Origin: a virus | Virus record (IMG/VR): IMGVR_UViG_3300025098_000014 | Direction: 5' to 3' (one strand) | Length of the DNA stretch: 64,000 nucleotides | Shown: piece after piece, positions 57,101 through 64,000 of the stretch | How positions within the stretch are numbered: the stretch's first letter is position 1 | How the letters are laid out: every line of letters begins with the position of its first letter | Position numbers and translations under genes: made by a program | The notes under the pieces: generated by a model | Seen by the model: only the letters and a program-made list of their open reading frames with translations | The model's database searches: none | What the model was told of the DNA's origin: nothing

Positions 57101-58498
57101 TGTGTATGTTTGAACATCATACAAATACAGATCAAACTCTGTAGATGCATTTTCATATTTTTGATCTCTTAATCCAAAATTATATACCTTAGCATCACCA
57201 ACTTTTACTGATGTTCCAGGGACATTAGCAGTAGCATTAATATTTGGACCACTAAACAGATCAATTCTGTTTGTAAATGTAGTGATACCAGTTACATTAT
57301 TTACAACGAACTTATTTCCCATTTCAAATGGGAACGCTTTACCTTTTACTTCTTGAGTTTCTCTTGGTTTGAAGAAGTCAATAGTTGTCGGGCCATCAGT
57401 GGATACCTCATATCCTTTTACATATGCCTTACCTGCACTAACTTTTAAGCAAGCAAGATCCTCATCCGGTTCATTGCCATCAAGAGTTGTCTGATCTGAA
57501 AAGTATACTCCATTATTACCTTGTCTATCATTAAGACATTCGGTAACATTTAGTAGAAACTTATTGACTGTGTAGTCACCAGACTCGTCAAAAGTTCTTG
57601 ATGCAAGGTAATCTCTGATCTTAGAATATTCTGTCTCTCTTTTAATTTGTAGTACTTCGCCGTTATTGATACGAAGAATCTCTACAAAGTCAGTATCATT
57701 AAAGTCTGTCAGATTCTTCTTATCAAGTACTAAAGTGTACTTAAGTCTATCAGCACCAGGAGCAGCAAAATTAGAAAAACCCTTAGCATTATCATAGAGA
57801 CTTTCATCTGATTTAGCAGAAACTGTAGTTTCGACTACTTTAAGTCCAACTCTATAAGAAGGTTGTGAACTATATTGGTCTAAAACAATTGTTTGCTTAT
57901 CTACTCGTACAAAATTTCCTCTAAGAAAGAAAATTCCATTATCAATAGAAGCTGAAGATCCGATAGTGCATGCATTTAAATCAATAGTAGATCCAAAAGT
58001 ACCGCCAACATTAATAGTTGTGCCACCATAAGTAAATGACTCTTCTGCAACTAAAACTTCCCCATCGTTGAAGAAATTAAAATCTCCAGTAACGGCAGAA
58101 TTGATATATTTTACGAAGAAAGTGTCGAAATCATTATCAGATTGAGATGCACTAATGAAATTGATTACTTTTGCAGTAACCCCAGTAGTCTGTCCCTTAA
58201 TCCTCTTACCAATAACCTTATCGGCATATACTCCGATATCAACACCAAGGTGAGTTGGATTTACTTGAACTGCGTAGTATTGTCCATCAAATGTGACGGA
58301 TCCAGGAATAACTATGGATCCTTCTTTGAAGATGTGGCTACCGAATTTTTCTACTTGATTTTGTAGAATAGATTGTAAGGTAGTAAGCTCTCTGGCTTGT
58401 ACCGGAAATCCTGGTTTGAACAAAACCCGATGATATCCCTTTTCAGGATCAAAATCATCGTAGTACGGACTTATATTGAGGTTAGTCTGTTGTGGCAT
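51176..58498 (-). CDS. VrlC-like (DUF4815-type) large virion structural protein
   Basis: NISPYYDDF, VLFKPGFPVQARELTTLQSILQNQ, APGADR, RTFDESGDY, YLPRID, DPLAQT. Confidence 0.85.
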   Translation of the reverse strand: MPQQTNLNISPYYDDFDPEKGYHRVLFKPGFPVQARELTTLQSILQNQVEKFGSHIFKEGSIVIPGSVTFDGQYYAVQVNPTHLGVDIGVYADKVIGKRIKGQTTGVTAKVINFISASQSDNDFDTFFVKYINSAVTGDFNFFNDGEVLVAEESFTYGGTTINVGGTFGSTIDLNACTIGSSASIDNGIFFLRGNFVRVDKQTIVLDQYSSQPSYRVGLKVVETTVSAKSDESLYDNAKGFSNFAAPGADRLKYTLVLDKKNLTDFNDTDFVEILRINNGEVLQIKRETEYSKIRDYLASRTFDESGDYTVNKFLLNVTECLNDRQGNNGVYFSDQTTLDGNEPDEDLACLKVSAGKAYVKGYEVSTDGPTTIDFFKPRETQEVKGKAFPFEMGNKFVVNNVTGITTFTNRIDLFSGPNINATANVPGTSVKVGDAKVYNFGLRDQKYENASTEFDLYLYDVQTYTTLKLSDNVSSTELIKSAFIVGKESGANAFAVSAGAGSSTIQVTQTSGSFRRGETILVNGTDELPRTIEEVTAYGINDVFSFAQSGNSFVANKKLTDRIPPRLGTGEISMVKAGATATVTAPRIDSFQRFKPGDIIRYTRKIGSVETQVENVVVTIAADLQSMTVGAMTTVSNLYDGSVATFTGQIKIGQQDNSTENASLITVIPDLNVSNVDFTGSSLFLSAQVQNESTNALGQLVLPISSVDLDDASFAAFDEERYQAQYSNGTIAVIQEDQVTVSPTQLTITGLDASQTGMTVNVTVTKANIKNKVKEFKRCQQVSVTRSSNRSSGSDPATSVNDGLNHSELYGLRVQDRDISLHEPDSTDIVAIYESLDTSAPILDKLVFVSTDDVFTSAIIGENISGTTSKAIAKVVSIDAASNEISIVYLTGDKFSVLEPLVFEESNTTAVLQAFVPGKYRDITSSYLLDKGQRDQYYDYSRVVRNRGAYVPHRQLLIIHNRYDVPSGDTGDVFTVNSYDEERYKNDIPQIGPRRIEAQDVLDFRPRVPTYNPASASESPFFYTSRDFVGKPDRILTPNESMTFDYDFYLPRIDKLVLLPDGNFDLLKGKAARQPIPPVVSGPGMEIGTILLPAYLKDVEEARVYLKDNRRYTMRDIGDLADRVENLEVVTSLNLLEKSAESLQIRDAQGLTRFKSGFFVDNFKTFDFMHPSSPAEIDRDLGELRPLREFESSALQVAAKSDLPVSQIDYSTNFLLLDDGNTQKTGNLLSLKYEEVEYIKQEFATRVNNINPFHVVAYTGELKLNPSIDNWINTRETQNTIRNTIGITVFNNQVAANFSLTRGGALGGSASVTTRETGRTVQRDDIRSENTFIAEETFDPFCRSRNIEFNAIGLKPFTNFYPFFDNQGGVDIIPKLLEVSNVSGSFQIGETIRGTIGATAFEFRLAAPNHKIGPFNAPTTTYTVNPYDPSSTLPNGYSQASTVLNIDVTSLAAQAQGAFFGFAPTGMVIRGLTSGAQASVAGVRLVSDDFGDLFGSIFLRDPNQTPTPQVRIRSGNRDFRLTSSQSNANPAPGSTLISHATTRYTATGTTRVVQTDIRITTLETTTITNLSTIDIRGTIPNPPPPPPPVIINNTRVIDRTRTVIRNRTRVINRTRVVRVRRRDPLAQTIVTGPEGAWITSLDLFFATKNAGTTPVRIEIRTVELGTPTLFVIDRAAQATIRPSDITTSADGSVATNVRFDTPFYLDPDESYAIVILSDSDEYEVYCGEMGQKALNAQSLPSAKGKIYSQQFAMGSLFKSQNGATWTPTQFEDLTFTLYRANYTSEQGLLTFFNPPVEPNNGFLPPLSFDPIIGIPKKGKLGIVTTTNAGLIGTVFTAGRKISEQTSTYRYGYIEDKGGPVTGVVGILTGGSNYGTPTNPITTYNINGNGEGLTLNTTIGAGISAVTAVTVAASGRGYKVGDVIGLTTADVGGSGSGVRIGINSINGIDTLYLTDVQAETFDTSAGNEATYSHTSGSIIATGLDITSFNATGSVYTGEYFKVSHRNHGMHSPLNKVILSDVQSDVIPTELSVNLASNETSISVASTTQFSTFEGAVVSAANTGYAFINSEIISYTTVGVSSLGGVVRGVDDSNALNHLKDDIVNKYEYNGVSLRKINTEHDVQTILRGIDEYYLKVDRGSSRSVDDNSNNIPQVSFQEEAAGGGQQVHASKNIQFDAVRPLLDASTFGPTDFISLQMRSVTGTSPDGSETSFLDQGFEDLNLNRNNILETTRLLAARTNESARLGSLPRNKSFTFTVELANSGDKFNSPTVNLEGANALFYENRLNNPVLDYRTDPRVKSRFNDPHASYYMSQPIYTKNPATSIKLIFEARRPIECEFRALYSIMKTDSSEVTPDFELFPGFRNLLDTDGDGIGDQVIDPTQNDGMSDSFVGADETQYREYTYSVDDLPSFNGLQIKIVFTGTNQAKHPVIKNLRVIAVA

Positions 58499-58502
58499 CT
58501 TC

Positions 58503-60077
58503 TTAGAATTCTAAAACGATTTTGATGTCTTCTTTTTGACGCTCATTTCTTGTAATAGATGGTCTATTATCAAGATAAAGTATCTCACCAGTCCTTTTAT
58601 TTATTTCCTCTGCAGCAAGACCATTAGTAAACTGCACTCCCAAATCAATAACCTTACCAGAAGGAGTAGTTGTTGAGATACCGGTAAATCCAGAATCGAT
58701 GTTTACGCTGAAACCACTTGGTCCAGTAACAGCGTTTCCAGAAGAACTGAATTCTAAAACATCGGCATCTCCACCAACACCGATACTATCAGTAGAATCG
58801 TAAAGATTTGGATTCAAATACAAGTTCCTATCTTGGAAATACTTAATGACTCTTGTGCTAGTGTCATAGGAAGCTACATATCCCTTTGCAGTTCCAACTC
58901 CCGAAATATCCTGTTGAATCTTAGATCCAATAGCAAGGGTTTGTACTGTATTACCAGTAAATTTTAAGGACTTTGTGGAGGAGTATTCTGAAGTGTTAAT
59001 AACCGCAGTAGATCCGGCACCTGCGGAAATTGGATTTTTAATAACACCAATTTGAGCAAATGTAGTGTCAGAAATAAAGTCGTATGAAGAGTTATCAAAT
59101 CTAGAATAAATTAGAACTTTATCAGTTCCTAACTCTTTGTATAAATCAAATCCATGCCCTCTTGATGGAGGAATGATTGGGGTAAGTCTTGCAAACTTAG
59201 TTGCAGAACTATTGATCGAAGAAAGATTAACTCTTCCAAAACTGTAACCCTGTCCTCCTGCAGTTACAACTGCAGAAATAATTTGACCATTAGTGTTTGT
59301 TTGAACCCTAACCTTACCACCAGTACCATCACCTAAAACATCTAATTCTACTGGAGATGATAAGAACGAATATCCTTCACCTTGCTCATCGATAGAAACA
59401 ACCTTAATTTGATTGTTGTTAATCGAAGAATCGCCGTTGTCTCTAACAACTTTAATTTCATTCTCAGAGCTAGTAGTCCATTGGTTAGGAACTGCTACAT
59501 ATTCGGTTGAGTCGAATTTGACAATATCTGCAGGAGGAACAGTAAATAGATACTTCCATAGATATCCGTCACCACTCGTTCCAGCTGCGGATGGTTCTAG
59601 GTCAGTAAATGTTGGTTCATCTAGAGAAGCATTTGCTGAAGATGTAATCCCAGCAGAACCATTGTTAATACAAATATAGACTCTAAAGTCTTTATTCATA
59701 ATGTAATAGTTTGCAGAATAAAGTCTGCTGGAGTTTGATACTAATGATCGGTTATTAGTATCATAATCATGTCGATACATATCATATGATGTACCTTTTG
59801 TCCACTGAATTTTGCGAATAAGTCTTCTTACATCGGCAGGTAATACCTTCCGACCAAAAAGCATCGTATCGTAGACATGATTAATATAGCTAATATTATC
59901 AATAGGTGACGGTGGTTGTACCGTTGTACTATTCCAGGTACTAGTTCTCCCATAACCCGTGATAGTTGGGTTTGCGAGACTCAAAAAAGTAAAGTACGAG
60001 TTAGTACCGTCAATTACAGAGTCTACAAAGTTATTTGCATTAATGACCCTAAACTGGTCGGTGATAATGGCTGCCAT
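58503..60077 (-). CDS. gp8: Baseplate wedge subunit
   Basis: MAAIITDQFR, YDMYRHDY, VYICINN, DGYLWKYLFT, GEILYLDNR, EDIKIVLEF. Confidence 0.9.
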   Translation of the reverse strand: MAAIITDQFRVINANNFVDSVIDGTNSYFTFLSLANPTITGYGRTSTWNSTTVQPPSPIDNISYINHVYDTMLFGRKVLPADVRRLIRKIQWTKGTSYDMYRHDYDTNNRSLVSNSSRLYSANYYIMNKDFRVYICINNGSAGITSSANASLDEPTFTDLEPSAAGTSGDGYLWKYLFTVPPADIVKFDSTEYVAVPNQWTTSSENEIKVVRDNGDSSINNNQIKVVSIDEQGEGYSFLSSPVELDVLGDGTGGKVRVQTNTNGQIISAVVTAGGQGYSFGRVNLSSINSSATKFARLTPIIPPSRGHGFDLYKELGTDKVLIYSRFDNSSYDFISDTTFAQIGVIKNPISAGAGSTAVINTSEYSSTKSLKFTGNTVQTLAIGSKIQQDISGVGTAKGYVASYDTSTRVIKYFQDRNLYLNPNLYDSTDSIGVGGDADVLEFSSSGNAVTGPSGFSVNIDSGFTGISTTTPSGKVIDLGVQFTNGLAAEEINKRTGEILYLDNRPSITRNERQKEDIKIVLEF

Positions 60078-60110
60078 TATTATGAACGGGCGGAAGGTCT
60101 AACTTTTTTG

Positions 60111-60118
60111 TATTTATA
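60111..60118 (-). promoter_or_regulatory. T4-type late promoter TATAAATA for gp8
   Basis: Exact consensus about 35 nt upstream of gp8. Confidence 0.75.
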
Positions 60119-63100
60119 AGATCTTAGGCAATCCTCCAGTTCCTCTCAATCCAGCTCCACGCCTTTGTACAATAGGATAGTTGGTTAGCTGTGGGTCAAA
60201 AGTAAGACCCTTGATGTCAGCATAAACTGCATTCGTAGCGTCTCTAGTGACATTACTAAACTTACCCCATGTGAATTCGCAGTAAGGTCCAGCAGTAGAA
60301 CCAACACCTACAAAATCACTAGTATCTGTATAAGAAGCAATGTTACAAGTAAGAACACCCACGCGACCACCGTTTCTTGTAGATACCGCATGCACATAAT
60401 AAATGTTATCACCATTGAATGTACTGATACCGACAATATCAGTATCATGAGTGTCAATAGATGTAACAGCAGCACCTGCTGTGTTAATTCCAGATCCGTA
60501 CAACTTAATTGGTTGTCCAACTAGTAAACCAGCAGTACTATTGCCATCATTTACATAGTCCTGAGCATCAAATTGAATTTGAAGAGCCAAGTCAGTACCA
60601 ATACCAGGACAAGTTCCGATTCCAGTCACAACACCAACAAATCCCTGAACATTTGCAACTAGTGGTTCGATACCAGTAATATTTTCATAGTTGCTACCAT
60701 AAACGGCTGTTGTTCCAAATCCGACTGGTGCAATATATGCAAGACTAAACGATCCTGTTAGTAGATCATCGGTATCTCTAAACAAAGCCGTAGTATCGGT
60801 GAATATAAAGGAATCAGTTGTGCTAACAACACCAATTACACTTGCAATTGGATTAATCTGTGCCTCAAGAGAATCTCTTGCTTTAGATACCAAAGATCCA
60901 TCAATCAGAATGTCTTTTTTCTGCTTAATCCAATCCATTGGTTTGTAGTTATCATTACTAATACCTACACCTCTATAGAATGCTGTTTCTACTGTAGCGG
61001 CACTATCAACTCTCTTAACAATTCTATTGGCACTCTGAGCAAGATTTTCGGTGCTTTGATCAACTTGATTCAATTCAATTTGACTACTCTTTTGAAGTCT
61101 CAAGTTGTCACCAACCTTAATAACTTCATTTACATCGAATAAGAAACTATCTTGTCCAATTGTTCCTCTGTAGAAGAAAATAACAACATTATCTTCGGTA
61201 GTAGGAGCACTATTAAATTCAATAACAGAACCGCCGTCAAATGTATAGTTGATACCTGGTTCTTGAATAACACCGTTAATAAAGATCAAAAGAACTGCAG
61301 AAAGATCAATTTCTTTAGAATCTTGATCTCCTCTATCAATTTCAAAACTGACTAGTGATGACTGATAGTAAAGAAGGAATCTCTTTTGATTTCCATCTTG
61401 GAATGGTTGTATATTATCAAGATAATCGATATTACCAAACTGCCAAGAAGATACTTGATCAGTGAATACATCGACAACTTCAATTTCAAACTGTCTAAAG
61501 TCATCACCTGCGAAAGGATCTGTAGAAAGTCCAGTTACTGTAAAGGTATCTCCCCTCTTAAATCCATATCCTTTTTTGGAGAACTGGAAATTAGATATTT
61601 GGTAATATGTAGATCCAATACCAGTAGCTGTAGATACCCCTGCAATGTCAATAGATACGGAACAACCAACACCAGTTATAGTTGTATTTCCAAGACCAAT
61701 TCTAGTAACACCAACAATTGGGAGGTTTTCTCCGTTAGGTTCTGGAGGAAGGATAAGTCCGTTATCTTCAGTATAATTTGTGCCAGGTCCAACGACATTG
61801 AATACGAGAGATCCACCAGCACCTACAACAGCAGTAATAGTTGCTCCAGTTCCTGTAGGAGAAGTTATGGCAATACCAATTGTACCCAGATTGGTATTAT
61901 ATCCACTACCAAAAGTCAATGGATGGAATTCTGCAGCAGTACCACCACTTACATAAGCATGTGGGATAGTAGATGCACCAACTTGTACCTTGAAGGTTGT
62001 TGCGGAAATAATACCAACAACATAGAAAGGATCATTATGATCTGGGAAAATATTAGTCGTAACGCCAGCATGAGCTGCACCACAAGTGAACGCAAGACCA
62101 GACAACTTGACCTGATTCTGGAGTACCAGACCATGAGCAGTTGCTGTAGTAACTGTCATGATACCAGTCTTACTAGTATAAGATGCAGTGCTGATGTTAA
62201 CTGCTGTTCCTGATGTAGAAACTCCAGTAACATTAGTAATTGTTCCGCCAGTACCAACCTCAAGACGAACAGCTGCTCCATTGAATGGTGCATATCCCAT
62301 TCCGGGAGTAGATGCTACAGAAACAATGATGCCACCTCTTGGGAGTTGGTTTTGATTAATATCATCTTCATCAATAATTAAATCTGTGAATCCAACGGAT
62401 GTAATACCACTAAACTGAACACTAGCAGCGGTAGAAACAGGATCTTCAAGAATTTTAAAGTTAGAAACACCTTCGTTATTTTTACCAAATGGTGCTTGGA
62501 AAATACCGTTAATAAACAGAACACCGTTACCACCTGTAGAACCAATACCTGTTACAGCTGCACCGGTTGCGGATAAGTTGAAGGTATTTTGAAGACCATC
62601 AAATTGGTCTGAGAAATCATCAAACAATTCGTTAGTTTCATAATCATCTCTCAGATATGTTCTACCACCAAAGGATGCTCTAGGATAAGGAAGGTTGGCA
62701 GGGTTGATAATTCCTAAGTCACCACCAAGAGGAGCTTCTGTAAAGTGAATTTGACTATTAAGGATTTGGAAAGAACCTCTATGAATTCTTGCTACACTGC
62801 CTGCAGCATGATCAGTTTTAGCTGATCCAACTGCTCCTCTTTCAACTTCAACAATACTCCAAGTACCAATACCAGTAATAGGACCTTGAGGTTGAGTAGC
62901 AAATCCAACAGTTCTTACAATTGAATATTCATCTTCAATTTTTAGTAAATCTCCAGAAGTAACGGTACTCAATCCACTAAGAGCAAACGATGTGACAATA
63001 CCATTTACTGCAACATCAAGATCATAAATGATTGAAGTGAAAGAAATTGGTTTTTGAACGATACCGTTAAGAGCGATGACTGATTTTTCATCTCTCTTAT

Positions 63101-64000
63101 TCATTGTAAATCTGTGCTTATTGCCAGCAGATGTTCCAGGTTGGAATGTTACGGCAATACCCTGTCTAGCATCGGTAATATTAGTAGAGATGAAGAACTG
63201 ACTATTGTTATTCTTAACAATAAAGACGGTGGATGGCAATACCGTTGATCCATATCCAGTAACATACTCAAGAGCACTAGCAGCAACACCAATAATATTG
63301 GAATCTGGTTCATATGTAACTTCTTCGGTATTTGAGAAGAAGTGTTTGAAACTAATTAATCCACTTCCAAAATCAATTTGATTGGGGTTTTGTGGATTTA
63401 AGTCTCTTTCGTAAATGGGGATTCCCTGGTACTTAAGATCAAAAGTCCTAAGATTTCTATTGTTGATACCTAAGTAAGTATTTTGAGTAACATTTTCAAA
63501 TACATTTCCATATCCAAATGAACCAATACCCGCAAGAGTACCGTTAGGATCGAGATCTTTGTAAAGAACTTCGTTGTATGAATAGATGCTCACCATTCCA
63601 GATACACCTGCATCTGGATAGAATTCTAGATTTACATTACTCCCGCTAAATTCTGCTCCAAATGTACCTATACCAGTAGTTGTACCAATAGCTGCGATTG
63701 GTTGTTGAGAAATATAAGTATCTGCTTTTTCTGGATCCGACAGAACATAGATTTGATGTAGTGTCTGAGTTGATCCATAAGAAACATGTACGGTCGATTT
63801 GAATGATAGATTAGTAAAGCTACTAACACCAACAACCGTAGAGATGCCAGTAGTTGCAGATGTTCCTACAATTACTCTAGCAGTTCTTTCTGTGCCTTCT
63901 GGAGTAAACTCAAGGTTAAGATGTCTGATAGTAGTTGTACCAAGTCCAACATTTTCAAAAGATACAAACTTAGACCTAACTGCAAGTGGAGAACCTTCTT
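60114..64000 (-). CDS. gp7: Very large baseplate wedge protein (gp7-like), 5'-partial
   Basis: Frame checked by hand stays open from 63596 to the window edge; LFINGIFQ/IFINGVIQ repeats; position immediately upstream of gp8. Confidence 0.65.
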   Translation of the reverse strand, partial: EGSPLAVRSKFVSFENVGLGTTTIRHLNLEFTPEGTERTARVIVGTSATTGISTVVGVSSFTNLSFKSTVHVSYGSTQTLHQIYVLSDPEKADTYISQQPIAAIGTTTGIGTFGAEFSGSNVNLEFYPDAGVSGMVSIYSYNEVLYKDLDPNGTLAGIGSFGYGNVFENVTQNTYLGINNRNLRTFDLKYQGIPIYERDLNPQNPNQIDFGSGLISFKHFFSNTEEVTYEPDSNIIGVAASALEYVTGYGSTVLPSTVFIVKNNNSQFFISTNITDARQGIAVTFQPGTSAGNKHRFTMNKRDEKSVIALNGIVQKPISFTSIIYDLDVAVNGIVTSFALSGLSTVTSGDLLKIEDEYSIVRTVGFATQPQGPITGIGTWSIVEVERGAVGSAKTDHAAGSVARIHRGSFQILNSQIHFTEAPLGGDLGIINPANLPYPRASFGGRTYLRDDYETNELFDDFSDQFDGLQNTFNLSATGAAVTGIGSTGGNGVLFINGIFQAPFGKNNEGVSNFKILEDPVSTAASVQFSGITSVGFTDLIIDEDDINQNQLPRGGIIVSVASTPGMGYAPFNGAAVRLEVGTGGTITNVTGVSTSGTAVNISTASYTSKTGIMTVTTATAHGLVLQNQVKLSGLAFTCGAAHAGVTTNIFPDHNDPFYVVGIISATTFKVQVGASTIPHAYVSGGTAAEFHPLTFGSGYNTNLGTIGIAITSPTGTGATITAVVGAGGSLVFNVVGPGTNYTEDNGLILPPEPNGENLPIVGVTRIGLGNTTITGVGCSVSIDIAGVSTATGIGSTYYQISNFQFSKKGYGFKRGDTFTVTGLSTDPFAGDDFRQFEIEVVDVFTDQVSSWQFGNIDYLDNIQPFQDGNQKRFLLYYQSSLVSFEIDRGDQDSKEIDLSAVLLIFINGVIQEPGINYTFDGGSVIEFNSAPTTEDNVVIFFYRGTIGQDSFLFDVNEVIKVGDNLRLQKSSQIELNQVDQSTENLAQSANRIVKRVDSAATVETAFYRGVGISNDNYKPMDWIKQKKDILIDGSLVSKARDSLEAQINPIASVIGVVSTTDSFIFTDTTALFRDTDDLLTGSFSLAYIAPVGFGTTAVYGSNYENITGIEPLVANVQGFVGVVTGIGTCPGIGTDLALQIQFDAQDYVNDGNSTAGLLVGQPIKLYGSGINTAGAAVTSIDTHDTDIVGISTFNGDNIYYVHAVSTRNGGRVGVLTCNIASYTDTSDFVGVGSTAGPYCEFTWGKFSNVTRDATNAVYADIKGLTFDPQLTNYPIVQRRGAGLRGTGGLPKIL

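Noticed and set aside
61386-62213. 275-aa plus-strand ORF, and the many other plus-strand ORFs in the track (e.g. 28173-28631, 25722-26162, 44965-45354)
   Set aside because: Antisense shadows of well-supported minus-strand genes; Ser/Thr/Cys-rich nonsense composition and no recognisable motifs

Overview
A 64-kb segment of a T4-like cyanomyovirus genome (Kyanoviridae-type; marine picocyanobacterial host inferred from petE/petF/ndhP/gnd-like genes). Essentially every real gene is on the minus strand. In transcription order (right to left): baseplate and large virion proteins (partial gp7-like, gp8, VrlC-like, a 2260-aa repeat-rich fibre); neck, tail and terminase genes (gp13-gp16); an accessory island between gp16 and gp17 (plastocyanin, ferredoxin, a truncated Gnd-like domain, an NdhP missed by the ORF track, small membrane proteins); gp17-gp23; two self-contained mini-cassettes; gp3, uvsY, uvsW, gp55, gp47, gp46; 2OG-Fe(II) oxygenases around a CobS(MoxR)/vWA pair; and the replication block (gp45, gp44, dam, carbamoyltransferase, gp62, arginase-fold protein, regA, hsp20, gp43, uvsX, gp41). 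The most notable signals are: (1) a translationally coupled dam-carbamoyltransferase pair plus a metallo-hydrolase embedded in the clamp-loader operon, a candidate DNA hypermodification system; (2) a structured, promoter- and terminator-bounded ORF-less RNA between regA and hsp20; (3) a ROSE-type thermometer hairpin in the hsp20 leader; (4) a near-consensus sigma70 promoter firing antisense with no gene, back-to-back with gp55. I saw no tRNA, CRISPR array, intron, intein or integrase. All family assignments come from motif recognition by eye, not database searches.
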